Of a DNA stretch of 64,000 nucleotides, positions 27,576 through 37,847 are shown in pieces. Under the pieces are notes generated by a model that worked only from the letters and a program-made list of their open reading frames with translations, searched no databases and had not been told where the DNA came from. The stretch lies in NCBI GenBank assembly GCA_046350855.1, contig JAXLZM010000004.1, forward strand, positions 10,491 to 74,490, given 5' to 3'. Both the position numbers and the translations under genes were made by a program. Source of the DNA: Candidatus Anderseniibacteriota bacterium (lineage in GTDB: Bacteria; Patescibacteriota; JAUYIX01). Position 1 is the stretch's first letter. Each line of letters starts with the position of its first letter.

Positions 27576-28161
27576 CGGGTTCTGCCAAAACAACTAGACG
27601 GCGGAGGCTGGTCCCGGTCGGCCAACAGGTGATCAGGACGAGCTCTGCGTTATCCTGGGGCTCAAGTATGGAGCGATCACGTGGGTCGATTTTTTTGGTT
27701 TGGCTGACCCGGTAGGTGTAGTGCCGGTCCTGGTAGTCGAGTGCGATAGTGTCGCCGGGTTGGAGTTTTTCGAGCAAGGCAAAAACGCTTTTGTAGTCTC
27801 CCGCCTCCCAGGGACTTTGCGAGGAGTGCCCGGTTAGCACCACGCTGCCGGCAGAACCAGGTAGCGCACTGTCAGCGTAGTGTACGATCCCCTTTTGGAG
27901 GGCCAGCAGCATGCTCTGCTCGTCATTCCTGTCAGGAAAAACGAGCGGAGCAGTAACCCCGATCTTAGCAATAGTTAGTTGATCACGGATGATCGGTCCG
28001 GGCATGGGTACGACAGCCGTTTGGTCGGCCCTGGGCCCGTCTATCCAATACCGGACTTTGAGCGCCAAAGCTGACCAGTTAGCAATCACAAACAGGAGGA
28101 GGCCACATAGGACGAACAGTACGCCAAAGGCCACGATACTATGTAAAAGTTTTTTGAACAT
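27565..28161 (-). CDS. Sortase (class D/E-like)
   Basis: VLTGHS, LVLITCWP, RRLVVLA giving the His/Cys/Arg triad. Confidence 0.92.
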   Translation of the reverse strand: MFKKLLHSIVAFGVLFVLCGLLLFVIANWSALALKVRYWIDGPRADQTAVVPMPGPIIRDQLTIAKIGVTAPLVFPDRNDEQSMLLALQKGIVHYADSALPGSAGSVVLTGHSSQSPWEAGDYKSVFALLEKLQPGDTIALDYQDRHYTYRVSQTKKIDPRDRSILEPQDNAELVLITCWPTGTSLRRLVVLAEPATY

Positions 28162-28215
28162 ACCTGCTTACTAGCAGGTAGACCTTAAGAAAAGATTAAA
28201 TAAAGGTCCTTTACC

Positions 28216-28246
28216 AAAAAGCGCGGGGCGTATGCCCCGCGCTTTT
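28216..28246. terminator. Intrinsic terminator after rplL (symmetric A/T tails)
   Basis: AAAAAGCGCGGGGC-gtat-GCCCCGCGCTTTT. Confidence 0.85.
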
Positions 28247-28262
28247 GTTCAGACTGGTCGTC

Positions 28263-28700
28263 TTATTTGAGGACGACTTTTGCGCCTGCGGCCTCGAGCT
28301 TTTTCTTCATCTCTTCGGCCTCTTCTTTTTTGACGTTCTCCTTGAGCACTTTTGGTGCGCCGTCTACGAGATCCTTAGCGTCCTTGAGTCCTTTACCAGT
28401 AATTTCGCGGACCGCTTTGATCACTTGAATCTTTTGAGCACCGGCTTCTTTGAGCTCAATAGTGAACTCGCTCTTCTCTTCGGCTGCGGCTGCTCCTGCA
28501 CCTGCGCCACCTGCGGCGGCAACGGCGACTGGAGCGGCGGCGGAGACGCCGAACTTCTCTTCGAGCACCGTAACGAGTTCAGAGAGATCGAGCACGCTCA
28601 TCTTCTCGATGGTCTCGACCACGCTCTTAAACTTAGCGGGTACTTCGACGGGCTTTTTTTCTTCCGCTTTTGGGGCGGCTGCTGGGGCTGTATCTGCCAT
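28263..28700 (-). CDS. rplL: 50S ribosomal protein L7/L12
   Basis: [11 protein letters not shown]...[27 protein letters not shown]. Start at MADTAP. Confidence 0.97.
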   Translation of the reverse strand: MADTAPAAAPKAEEKKPVEVPAKFKSVVETIEKMSVLDLSELVTVLEEKFGVSAAAPVAVAAAGGAGAGAAAAEEKSEFTIELKEAGAQKIQVIKAVREITGKGLKDAKDLVDGAPKVLKENVKKEEAEEMKKKLEAAGAKVVLK

Positions 28701-28719
28701 GATTTGTCCTGTGATTAGT

Positions 28720-29244
28720 TTAGTTAGACTTAGATTTGGCCAAAGCTGATAAGGCGTAGACGAGGGCGCGGGGCGTGCCGGCGAGAACTCGTACAAAGCA
28801 ACTGACCGGAGCAGCGATCGTACCAACCACGATGCCAAGCATATCTTGGCGGGTCGGCAGGGCTGCGAGCGACGTGAGCTGATCGACACCCACCGCTTTG
28901 TGGTCGATGACGCCAGCTACCAGTTCCAGCTTTTTGTGCGCTTTAGCAAAGTCGACCAGTGCTTTTGCCGGGAGAACTTCATCATCACCCACGACTAATG
29001 CGAGTGGTTTTTTGAAGGTCTTAGGCTCGAGGCCCTCGATTTTTGCTTCTTGCAGCACGCGTTGCAGTAAGGTGTTTTTGATCACCATAAAGCTGACGTT
29101 GGCCTTGCGCAGGACGCCGCGCAGTTCCTCAAGCTCTTTGACGGTGAGCCCTTGGTAACCGACGAGCACCTGCTCTTTTTTGGCGCTAACCTCTTTGACG
29201 AGATCGGCGACCAGTTCCTTTTTGGCCTGTTTGCTGATTGGCAT
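28720..29244 (-). CDS. rplJ: 50S ribosomal protein L10
   Basis: YQGLTV..L..LR, VIKNTL, LAALPTR; directly upstream of rplL. Confidence 0.96.
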   Translation of the reverse strand: MPISKQAKKELVADLVKEVSAKKEQVLVGYQGLTVKELEELRGVLRKANVSFMVIKNTLLQRVLQEAKIEGLEPKTFKKPLALVVGDDEVLPAKALVDFAKAHKKLELVAGVIDHKAVGVDQLTSLAALPTRQDMLGIVVGTIAAPVSCFVRVLAGTPRALVYALSALAKSKSN

Positions 29245-29273
29245 ACGCGAGTAATAACGGATTGGCGGGCACT

Positions 29274-29396
29274 AAAAAACGGCCCATAACGGCCGCAAAG
29301 AGACGCACTATGACGTCAGGAGATTCCTCGCCGGGAGATTAAGGCTGAACGCGGCACTGTAGGGCCGTGGGTTCTGCCACCCGGGGTCTTTGGAAA
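29274..29396 (-). ncRNA. L10 ribosomal-protein leader with terminator-like hairpin
   Basis: CCAAAGAC-CCCGGG...TTAA...CCCGG-CGAGG kink-turn-like core, then CGGCC/GGCCG followed by TTTTTT. Promoter TTGACA(29430-29435)-N17-TAGTCT(29407-29412). Confidence 0.8.
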
Positions 29397-29447
29397 CCGT
29401 GCCGACAGACTACGTAACCTAGCCGAACCTGTCAACCGGGCGTATCG

Positions 29448-30512
29448 CTACTCGTCGAGGCCAGCTTTTTGGATGTTGGCCTGGTGTTCTTCCAGGGTCT
29501 TAGCGTAGAGGGTCTCCCCCGTCTTGAGATTGCTCACAAAATACAGATAGCCACTCCCGGTTGGTGCCAAGGCGGCCTGGATCGCACTGAGACCCGGAGA
29601 GTTAATCGGACCCGGTGGTAAGCCTGTATGGAGGTACGTATTGTACGGATCCTCGGTCTGCGTGTCCGCAGTACTAAACTCGGTCTTGTCGTCCTGCTTA
29701 AGGACGTAGGCCAGCGTAATGTCAGACTGCAGCGGCATACCCGCCTCGAGCCGATTGGTAAAGACTCCGGCGACCAACTTACGGTCCGTGTCACCAGGCA
29801 CCTCTTTTTCTACGATCGAGGCCAGAGTGAGGATCTGATAGAGGGACTGCTTGGAGGCCTCGAGCTGGGGCAAGAGGTCGGCAATTTTTGACTCAAAGTT
29901 TTTGAGCATAGCCGTGACGACCTCCTCAGGCGTAACATCTGGAGCAAAATGGTAGGTATCTGGGAACAAAAAACCCTCAAGGTCTGCTGCACCCGGTTTA
30001 CTCTGTAAAAAAGAAAAGGAATATTCTTGTCGCGTGGCTCGCAAAAAGTCATCGTGCGAGACAACATGGTTTTGTTGTAATACATCCGCTACCTGATCGA
30101 GACGCAACCCCTCGGGAATGGTGACGCGTAGCTCTTTGGTTTTACCGTCACGGAGTAGTTCTGCCATTTGACGAGCCGACTGAGCGGCAGAGAGTTCGTA
30201 GGTCCCGGCCTGGAGTTTACCGCGCGCACCCTCGAGTACGACCGCGGCACTAAAAGCGTTTTTACTGACCAACAAACCCTCTTCAAAGAGCTTTTGGCCT
30301 ATCTCGGGTGTACCGAGTCCAGCCTCGATCGTGATGGTTTTGGGAGTAGCCTTGGGATCCTTAATCTTGTTGGCGCTACGCATCACCAAACTGAGCACCA
30401 CGATCCCAGTCAGTACCAGGGCGCCAAAAAAAAGCAGCGCGGTCCAGCGGCCGGTATGTCGGCGACCTCGATAGGCTTCTATAGCTCGTGCATGAGAGAG
30501 TTGCCGGCGCAT
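29448..30512 (-). CDS. mltG: Endolytic transglycosylase MltG
   Basis: TIPEG, LEGFLFPDTY, LASIVEKE, NRL..GMPLQSD, YNTY...GLPPGPI. Confidence 0.95.
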   Translation of the reverse strand: MRRQLSHARAIEAYRGRRHTGRWTALLFFGALVLTGIVVLSLVMRSANKIKDPKATPKTITIEAGLGTPEIGQKLFEEGLLVSKNAFSAAVVLEGARGKLQAGTYELSAAQSARQMAELLRDGKTKELRVTIPEGLRLDQVADVLQQNHVVSHDDFLRATRQEYSFSFLQSKPGAADLEGFLFPDTYHFAPDVTPEEVVTAMLKNFESKIADLLPQLEASKQSLYQILTLASIVEKEVPGDTDRKLVAGVFTNRLEAGMPLQSDITLAYVLKQDDKTEFSTADTQTEDPYNTYLHTGLPPGPINSPGLSAIQAALAPTGSGYLYFVSNLKTGETLYAKTLEEHQANIQKAGLDE

Positions 30513-30550
30513 TTTGTGGCGTGGTAGTGTTCTCTACTCTACTGGCATCT

Positions 30551-30817
30551 ATGGATCCTGCAACACCCGTTCGTAACTTAATTGAGGAACCAACTGTGGA
30601 AACTGGGATCCTAGCTTTGCCCGGTTTGCATTTTCCGGGCATCACTCGGCCCAACCTCACCGTCTCAACCTGGTTGGTGACGCTCGTGCTGCTGCTCGTG
30701 TTAGTTGGATCGAGCCTGGTGTACTACTGCGGTTGGCCCTGGCACCGTAAAAAGGCTAGCGAGCTGACGCTGATTGACGCGATCGATCAAGATCCCAAGC
30801 TACGACCGCGCAGTTAG
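30551..30817 (+). CDS. Small single-TM hypothetical protein
   Basis: ORF filling the mltG-uppS gap, with a TM followed by a basic patch. Start uncertain. Confidence 0.5.
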   Translation: MDPATPVRNLIEEPTVETGILALPGLHFPGITRPNLTVSTWLVTLVLLLVLVGSSLVYYCGWPWHRKKASELTLIDAIDQDPKLRPRS

Positions 30818-30843
30818 CGAGGCTTACCTCGTCTTAGAGCGAC

Positions 30844-31581
30844 TTATTTGCCAAAGCGTCGGCTGCGCGACTGGTACTCTTTTACGGCGTCTTCAAAATC
30901 GGCTTCGCTAAACTCCGGCCAAAAGCGCTTAGTAAAGTAGAGTTCGCTGTAGCTGCCCTGCCAGAGCAAAAAGTTGGAGAGGCGTTGTTCACCCCCGGTG
31001 CGGATGATCAGGTCGGGGTCATTTTGGCCGGCCGTGTCGAGATTGGCCGTGATGGCCTCCTCGGTAATGTTGACGGCGGCTACGCCCTTGTCAAGCAGAC
31101 GGCGCACGGCCCGCACGATCTCCGAGCGACCACCATAGTCGAGCGCAATGTTGAGGATGAACTTATTATTACGCTCGGACACCCGCATCAACTCCTCGAT
31201 AGCACGACGCAGGTTGTCGGGTAAGCGTTTGAGGTCTCCAATTGTGCGGAACCGAATATTATTTTTGAGGATCGAGAAGCGCTCCGTAACGACAAACTTA
31301 AGCACGAGTTTAAACAGGTTACTCAGTTCTTCGCGTGTGCGTTTCCAGTTCTCGGTCGAGAGGGCGTAAATCGTGAGATTGGTGACGCCCATGGCTTGGG
31401 CTTTTTTCATAATACGGCGAATATTGTCGGCGCCGGCTTCATGTCCCTTGAGTGGGGACAGTCCGCGCTGTTTGGCCCAGCGGCGGTTGCCATCGATAAT
31501 AATGCCGACGTGACGCGGCACTGCAGGACTCGTAGCGGCTGGTTCCGCCTTGGTCAAAGGCTGTAATTGCATGGCGGCCAT
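30844..31581 (-). CDS. uppS: Undecaprenyl diphosphate synthase
   Basis: IIDGNRRWA, STENWKR, YGGRSEI, DLIIRTGGEQRLSNFLLWQ. Confidence 0.97.
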   Translation of the reverse strand: MAAMQLQPLTKAEPAATSPAVPRHVGIIIDGNRRWAKQRGLSPLKGHEAGADNIRRIMKKAQAMGVTNLTIYALSTENWKRTREELSNLFKLVLKFVVTERFSILKNNIRFRTIGDLKRLPDNLRRAIEELMRVSERNNKFILNIALDYGGRSEIVRAVRRLLDKGVAAVNITEEAITANLDTAGQNDPDLIIRTGGEQRLSNFLLWQGSYSELYFTKRFWPEFSEADFEDAVKEYQSRSRRFGK

Positions 31582-31613
31582 CCTAGTCTTATCGACCCAA
31601 CGAGTCAATTTGA

Positions 31614-33143
31614 CTATTGCACAAACGCTTGCCCCACCATCAAATCATACCAACTCTCTACCAGAGGCCGATCATCGGTTGCAGGAGCAAGTCCTGGCTC
31701 AGGTAGAACCGGTGTCGCCAAGGTCGCAATACTCTCAACCGCAGAGCGCAATTCTATCGGAGCCTGGGTGGGGTCTGGTTTTACTAGCGGTGCCGAGCTC
31801 GCATACAAGACCACGTTGTAACTACTGGGCACTGGTAGCGCGAGTACATTTGGGAAAACACTGGCGATGGTAGTAGCGAGCGTTTGTTGCACATGCGAGT
31901 TTTCTCCAACAACGTTTAGGTTAACGGCGAGTATCCCGTCAGCTGCAAGTTTACTTTTAGCCAGCTCAAAAAACTCCTGAGTCGAGAGATGGGGCGGGAT
32001 GTACAACTGCCGAAAAGCATCGACGACCAGTACATCAAACGGTCCTGATTGGGCGTTGAGCCAGACACGACCATCTGCAGGGGTGCTGGTGAGTGTCTGC
32101 AGCTCGCCTAAACCAAAGTACTGGCGCGCGAGGTCGAGGGTGGCTGGGTCAAGTTCTGCGCCGGCTTGCGTGAGTTGGTGCGGTTTTACACTCTTGGGTC
32201 CATACAAGGCCTCGACCTCGCGCGCGACCGTTCCCCCGGCTAAACCAACGATCCCAACGGAAAGATCCGTACGGGCACGGGCGGTCGTCGGTCGTAACTC
32301 GGGAGATGCAGCCAACCAATCAAACACTAGCCCGGTCGTGATCACATGTGGGTCATAGACAGAGTGGATACCCAACCCCTCGTCTTGTTCCAAGTGCACT
32401 TGTTGGTCGTGGTCGCGTACGACCCGGAGATACTCCAGGCGACTCTCCCGCTCGGCCACCACCTCGTCCGCCCCCCTACTGAGCGTCGGAGAGACCAGGA
32501 GACCCGCTCCTGCAAGCACTAGAGCAACAAGACCAGGGCCAAGCACACGCTTTGCGCCAGAGCGTGCCAAACCGACAACACTCAACAGCGCCAATAGCGC
32601 CGCAAACGACAAAATCGTTTTTTTGGTTCCAATCAGTGGCACTAACAAGAGTGTCGGCAAAAACGTCCCGAGCAAGCTCCCGATCGTCGACCAGGCGTAG
32701 ATCCGGCCGGCCGCTTTGCCGCGGTGTTGGTGCTGGTCGGTACCCAGATGCACCAGCCACGGGCTGACCATCCCGAGTAGCACAAAGGGAATAAAGAACA
32801 GTACAAAGCAACCCAACAAACTAAAAACGATCAAGCGCCAATCTACCGTCGAGATGTGATCGCGCAAAAAGCTGAGCAGACTGGGTGCCACAAACGGGAT
32901 CAACGCACAAACACAGGCGGTCAAAAGCATTAGCAAAAACAAGGGTCGCGCGGCCCGTAGTTTGTCAGCCAGCCAACCACCCGACCAGTAGCCCACTGCC
33001 AATCCCGCCAAGATCACACCCAAAATATTAGACGTCACAAAAATCGAGTTACCAAAATAGGGTGCCACGATTCTAAACGATGTAATCTCGATGCCGAGCA
33101 CCACCAGGCCGCTTGTAAAGGCAACCAGTCTGATAAAACGCAT
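31614..33143 (-). CDS. Fused membrane domain / spermidine-synthase-like SAM-dependent protein
   Basis: Seven-TM N-terminus (GYWSGGWLAD, STIGSLLGTF); VGLAGG, ELDP, DGR, FDVLVVDAF, PPHLSTQEFF. Confidence 0.88.
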   Translation of the reverse strand: MRFIRLVAFTSGLVVLGIEITSFRIVAPYFGNSIFVTSNILGVILAGLAVGYWSGGWLADKLRAARPLFLLMLLTACVCALIPFVAPSLLSFLRDHISTVDWRLIVFSLLGCFVLFFIPFVLLGMVSPWLVHLGTDQHQHRGKAAGRIYAWSTIGSLLGTFLPTLLLVPLIGTKKTILSFAALLALLSVVGLARSGAKRVLGPGLVALVLAGAGLLVSPTLSRGADEVVAERESRLEYLRVVRDHDQQVHLEQDEGLGIHSVYDPHVITTGLVFDWLAASPELRPTTARARTDLSVGIVGLAGGTVAREVEALYGPKSVKPHQLTQAGAELDPATLDLARQYFGLGELQTLTSTPADGRVWLNAQSGPFDVLVVDAFRQLYIPPHLSTQEFFELAKSKLAADGILAVNLNVVGENSHVQQTLATTIASVFPNVLALPVPSSYNVVLYASSAPLVKPDPTQAPIELRSAVESIATLATPVLPEPGLAPATDDRPLVESWYDLMVGQAFVQ

Positions 33144-36100
33144 TAGAGCGAGGACTCGAGGTCGGTCTCTACCCCAGCGGAGATGGCGCTGGTTCCACCA
33201 AACAACACGCCCCCCATCACTTGTGCCCCGTATGCGGCCAAATAGTCGGCTACCGCCTCCGGCACCGCATCTGGTTGAACCAAAAGCAGCGGAGCTTGCA
33301 GCTGCTGTGAGCCAACTAAGGGGCCGGCCACGAGACTGTCCGGAAAGTTAGTCCCGGTCGAAAAGCTAACCGTGTCGGCACTCGGGTAAAAGGTCTGGGC
33401 CAGTTGCACGGCGGTCTCGTACCGGTTGCTGCCGGCGGTTCTGTCGACCGTCCCGTACGGATCAGCCGCGTCAAAGACGTCGTCGCTCACCACGGCGCTG
33501 CCGCCCACGATGTGGATACTAGTAGCGGGCGTTTTTTTAAGAAAATCCTCGGTCACCTGGGGCAGCGCGTCTTTAGTAGTAAGCACGATGGCGGCGCGAT
33601 CCCGGGCCGCAATGGAGGAGGCTGCGAGCGCATCCGGAAAGCTCGTGCCACTGGCCAAAAAGACTTGTGTGAGATGCTCGAGCTGCTCGGCCACTTGGAC
33701 CGCGGTCTCGTAGCGATTGGCTCCCGCTAGTCGTGTGACCGCAAACCCCGCTGCGCTGAGTGCATCCGCGACCGCCGCCGAGATGGCACTCTCCCCTCCC
33801 AAAAGCCAGACCTTGCCACCCTCGGGCAAAACTCGCTCGATCTCAGCCAGAACCTCCGGCTGCAACGTAGCCGTCGAGGTCAGCAAAATGGGCGCGTTTT
33901 CTTGCGCGGCCAGAGGGGCACCCGCCAGTCCATCTGCAAACTGATCCCCCCGAGCCAAAAAGACCGCGCCAGCACTCTTGTCCTGGCTAAATTGGTTTTG
34001 GCTAATGGCAATGGCGGTCTCGTACCGATTGGCCCCTTCCAGTCGATCGAGCGTGATAAAGCTATAGGCCCCGCGGTCAAACGCTCCCAGCTGCGAGCGA
34101 GAGCGCCCATCAAAATCACGGTCATACCCGTGAGAACTGCCCGAGCGGATCGCCGGCGACCCGGCACGCACTTTGTAGTTTTCGGTACCGGCCAGACGTG
34201 ACAAGACTAGCGCTGCATCCGACATCATTTGGTAGACCACCCCCGTCACGCTGCTGTAGGAGTTATTAGCGTAGGCCTCGTAGACCAGCTTAGCCACGTC
34301 GGTATTGCCCGGTAGCTCGGCCCAGCTATGAAAATAATAAATCCGCGAGGCGACCGAGGCAGAGAGGGTGCCATCCAAATACCAGTTGATGCTGCCCGTA
34401 CTGGGTTTCCACAATTGCGAGCTAAAGGTTCGGCCAAAAAGGGCCAAATCAGAGTCGGTAAAGGTAATCCCGGCCTCGCGTGCTGCCTCAACAAACTTAA
34501 TCACGACCCCGCCGTGGTTGACGTCCTCTGAGATAACATCCTGCCAGGCATCGGTGCTCAGTGCTGGATAGTAGTAACGCCAGTAAAAAAATGATTGACC
34601 GTCGGTGGCGGTGCGCACCTCGAGCTTAGATTTAAACCAGTCTGCCACTTGCTTGGCGCGCGTTTTGTACTTGGTATCACCAGTGGCCTGGTACATACGC
34701 ACCCAGAGTTGCGCTAAGTCCGCGCTCTGGTTGACCGGCAAGGTGTTGCCCGGGATGGCGTACTGTTCGTCCGTGGGCCAGCGATAGACCCCGCCTGGAC
34801 CGCCCGCCCAGATGGACGAACCACTCGTCTTAAAGTATGGCTCCCACTTGGGGTAAATCTCCGTATCGACTTTAGTGATGTAGTCCTGCGCTTTGGCCAA
34901 GTAGGTCGAACCCGCCACAGGCAAACCCTGGAGAGTGGGGTCACCCAGCACCTCGACCGCAAACTCGATCAGAGGGGCCAGGAGGCCGCCCTCAATGTTC
35001 TCGTACTCGAGCTGCTTTTTAGCTTTGGTCTCGATTTTGTAGACATCACCACCGACCGGGTACTCGTTTTGCGATTGGTTGCAGCAAAAGTAGACTTTGA
35101 CATCGTAGTTGACCGCGCTCTCGATGGTGGGATCGTCCAGGGTTTGTGGAGTAAGGCCCGCACCGGCGTACGTCACATTGGTCGCAAGCGCGACCGGGGT
35201 ACCGGTCACGTCCCATACGTCGTATTTGCTCGGGCTCGTAAAGCGTAGTTCAAGTTTTTTGCTGAGTAACCCGTCCGCATTGCCAGGGCCGTAGATGCCG
35301 AGGTCGCCATTGACGGGCGTGCCGGCGGAGTCCAGTACCTTAAACGTCACGCCGTTGCCGGATGTCCCAACGCTCGGTTTAACCATAGCGCGCGCGTAGC
35401 GACTGGTGGTCCAGCCGCAGTACCCATCATCAGTGCTACCCGGTGTGGCGGGGTTGTCAGTACAGTTGGCCCAGACGTTGTCGGCCTGGTCCACGATTTT
35501 AGCTAGCCAGCGCGTGTCTTTAGTGGCGCGATACATGTCCAGATATGATTCAAACATAAAGCCTTGATCCCAGCGTAGGTTGGCCGCGTTGGTGTTGTTG
35601 GACCAAGCCTCCCCACCAAAGAGGGCTGCGTCTAAATCCCGGACGGTATTATGCAAAAAGTTGGTTTTGTCGGACTCGCGCGTGCTCGTACTGCGGTATC
35701 GAGGATCGGCCTCATTGGAGCCACTCTCTCCTCCCGCAGCCGCTCCCAAGCTCCCCACCGTGTATTTGGCCGAACCACCCACCGCGCCCAGAGCACCACT
35801 CGGGTTCCAATAGCTGTTGTTACGGGTGGTCAAGCCACTTTTAGAGGGAGTATCGATACGAACCGGATCCTCTAAGGCTGAACCATACAAATTGTTTTGC
35901 AAAAGCGCGTTGGTCGAGCTCTCCAGATCGATGCCCACGTTGCTGTGATGAAAACTCCCGTTATAGACATCAAAGCTGGTCGAGTTGACCGCCCGCACCG
36001 CTGCACCATAGATCTCACTCCCAATGATGTTGAGTGCCGAATCATTGGGCGAGTTTTTAACCAAGACGCCAGCGTCGTTACTGCCCCGATCCCCGATATC

Positions 36101-36814
36101 CGAGGCCCAAATCGACCGTGCCGAAGAGCTCCCAGCATTATCAAAGGTGATCCCGGTACCGGCGTAGTGCTTAAAGAGCAAGCCTTCAACCAACACATTG
36201 GGCACATTGACCACTTTGAGTCCGTTGGACCCGGTCGTGAGCGTAACGGGTCGTGTGTTGGGGTCGGCGTAGTCGAGCAAGCGCACCACCACGTTGCCGC
36301 CCGAGTAGGTCCACACATTACGCTGCCGCTTAACATCGTTGACGCTCGCGACGTGCTTGAGTCGCTCTAATCCGTCGGTGACAAACTTGGGTTGGTTAGA
36401 GGGTGCCGTGTAGACGTCGTTGGTTCCACTCAGGCGGAACCAGGTCGTGGGTGCCGCCCCACCGATAAAGAGCGGTTTTTGTGTCGCGGCGTTTTTGATC
36501 GTGATGACCGCTCCGGCCGGGCCATTGTTTTTGCCGGTCAGGGTCGACTCGCTTAGGTAGGTGCCTGGTGCAACCAAAATTGTGTAGTTTTGCGTAGGGG
36601 TAGCCGGAATCGCATTGATGGCCGCTTGCAAGGTAGCGTAGGTCTGCCCCGCGCCTACCGTGAGCTCGACCGTGGCGAGACTGGCTTTAAGAGTGGGCAC
36701 GACCTCACTGCCTGGATCGGCCTTGCTAGCCGCCTGGACAGACTGGGGTGCAACACTCGCAAAAAGACTTACGGTTACAAGGAGAGTCAGTGTTAGTTTG
36801 GAAGTCAAGCGCAT
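33143..36814 (-). CDS. Large secreted protein: parallel beta-helix, inserted helical-barrel-like domain and three CWB2 repeats
   Basis: YATLQAAI...VAPGTY beta-helix cap; MYRATKDTRWL and MYQATGDTKYK helical hairpins; SPAI..G...DFDG..R...DRGAY; GANRYETA/GSNRYETA x3. Confidence 0.8.
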   Translation of the reverse strand: MRLTSKLTLTLLVTVSLFASVAPQSVQAASKADPGSEVVPTLKASLATVELTVGAGQTYATLQAAINAIPATPTQNYTILVAPGTYLSESTLTGKNNGPAGAVITIKNAATQKPLFIGGAAPTTWFRLSGTNDVYTAPSNQPKFVTDGLERLKHVASVNDVKRQRNVWTYSGGNVVVRLLDYADPNTRPVTLTTGSNGLKVVNVPNVLVEGLLFKHYAGTGITFDNAGSSSARSIWASDIGDRGSNDAGVLVKNSPNDSALNIIGSEIYGAAVRAVNSTSFDVYNGSFHHSNVGIDLESSTNALLQNNLYGSALEDPVRIDTPSKSGLTTRNNSYWNPSGALGAVGGSAKYTVGSLGAAAGGESGSNEADPRYRSTSTRESDKTNFLHNTVRDLDAALFGGEAWSNNTNAANLRWDQGFMFESYLDMYRATKDTRWLAKIVDQADNVWANCTDNPATPGSTDDGYCGWTTSRYARAMVKPSVGTSGNGVTFKVLDSAGTPVNGDLGIYGPGNADGLLSKKLELRFTSPSKYDVWDVTGTPVALATNVTYAGAGLTPQTLDDPTIESAVNYDVKVYFCCNQSQNEYPVGGDVYKIETKAKKQLEYENIEGGLLAPLIEFAVEVLGDPTLQGLPVAGSTYLAKAQDYITKVDTEIYPKWEPYFKTSGSSIWAGGPGGVYRWPTDEQYAIPGNTLPVNQSADLAQLWVRMYQATGDTKYKTRAKQVADWFKSKLEVRTATDGQSFFYWRYYYPALSTDAWQDVISEDVNHGGVVIKFVEAAREAGITFTDSDLALFGRTFSSQLWKPSTGSINWYLDGTLSASVASRIYYFHSWAELPGNTDVAKLVYEAYANNSYSSVTGVVYQMMSDAALVLSRLAGTENYKVRAGSPAIRSGSSHGYDRDFDGRSRSQLGAFDRGAYSFITLDRLEGANRYETAIAISQNQFSQDKSAGAVFLARGDQFADGLAGAPLAAQENAPILLTSTATLQPEVLAEIERVLPEGGKVWLLGGESAISAAVADALSAAGFAVTRLAGANRYETAVQVAEQLEHLTQVFLASGTSFPDALAASSIAARDRAAIVLTTKDALPQVTEDFLKKTPATSIHIVGGSAVVSDDVFDAADPYGTVDRTAGSNRYETAVQLAQTFYPSADTVSFSTGTNFPDSLVAGPLVGSQQLQAPLLLVQPDAVPEAVADYLAAYGAQVMGGVLFGGTSAISAGVETDLESSL

Positions 36815-36837
36815 CGCTTTTGTACTCTACGTAAAAC

Positions 36838-37059
36838 TCAAAAAAATTCAATCACCGGAAAGCGCCGGTCCAGCTCGGCCGGATCAAGGATCTGGCCGTT
36901 TTGTTGCGCCTGACCGACTGCCGCGTCGCGACGCACCCTTTGGACAAAGTTCACCACTAGGCCACATCCAAGCAGCGCCGCAACGAGGAGGCCGATACAG
37001 GCCAAGCTCACGAGCAGAGCGGTTTTTTTAGGTTGCGTGACGAGGAGGGACTTGTTCAT
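36838..37059 (-). CDS. Small single-TM hypothetical protein
   Basis: 73-aa ORF with one hydrophobic helix, upstream of the CWB2 gene. Confidence 0.5.
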   Translation of the reverse strand: MNKSLLVTQPKKTALLVSLACIGLLVAALLGCGLVVNFVQRVRRDAAVGQAQQNGQILDPAELDRRFPVIEFF

Positions 37060-37090
37060 CCGGGCGGTACGGTATAGTGCTTAGCATACT

Positions 37091-37846
37091 ATGCCGGCTG
37101 CACGACCGTATTTGAGCGTGATTATTCCGATGTACAACGAGGAGCAGCGCCTGGCGGCGACCGTGCGGGCCGTGGTGGCGTACCTAGAGGAGCACCGCCC
37201 CTCGTTTGAGGTGCTCCTGGTGGACGATGGTTCGACCGATGGGAGTGTGGCACTGGCTCACTCTCTGGCGGCCGAACTCCCCAACCTGGCGGTCATCACG
37301 CATCCCCGTAACTTGGGCAAGGGGGCCAGCGTCCAAGATGGATTGCGTGAGGCGCAGGGTGAGTACCTCCTGTATATGGATGCAGATCACTCCACCAACA
37401 TTGCTGAACTTCGCCAGCTCCCACGTTTGATCGCGCGTGGAGCAGACGTCATGGTTAGCTCACGCTATGTGCCAGGTAGCCGCATTACCAGTAAGCAACC
37501 CTGGCAGCGGGTGGTCGTGAGTCGGGTTGCCAATTTTGTTATTCGTCTTTTTGCAGTACCCGGGATCCATGACACACAAAACGGCTTTAAGATTTTGCGC
37601 GGGACGGCGGCGCGCGACATTTTGCCGCACTTGCTGCTGCGACGCTGGGCCTTTGACGTGGAGTTACTATATGTCGCGCGCCGCCTGGGCTATCGGGTGG
37701 TGGAATTTCCGGTCACCTGGCACCACACCCCTGGATCCAAACTCAACATCGGTCGCGATTTACGCAACACGGTGGGAGAATTTTGGAAGTTCATCTGGAA
37801 TCGTCTCAGGGGTCGCTATCCCAAGCGCCTCAGAGCGAGAGATTAG
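37091..37846 (+). CDS. GT2 dolichyl/polyprenyl-phosphate beta-glucosyltransferase-like
   Basis: IIPMYNE, VDDGSTD, NLGKG, MDAD, DTQNGFK, WAFDVELL. Confidence 0.92.
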   Translation: MPAARPYLSVIIPMYNEEQRLAATVRAVVAYLEEHRPSFEVLLVDDGSTDGSVALAHSLAAELPNLAVITHPRNLGKGASVQDGLREAQGEYLLYMDADHSTNIAELRQLPRLIARGADVMVSSRYVPGSRITSKQPWQRVVVSRVANFVIRLFAVPGIHDTQNGFKILRGTAARDILPHLLLRRWAFDVELLYVARRLGYRVVEFPVTWHHTPGSKLNIGRDLRNTVGEFWKFIWNRLRGRYPKRLRARD

Positions 37847-37847
37847 C

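Noticed and set aside
28161-28180. Inverted repeat TACCTGCT-tact-AGCAGGTA at the sortase start
   Set aside because: A single 8-bp stem with no second copy noticed; it cannot be distinguished from chance.
30551-30817. PTVETG as a sortase sorting motif
   Set aside because: No signal peptide, the motif is about 20 aa from the TM, and almost nothing would remain N-terminal to anchor.
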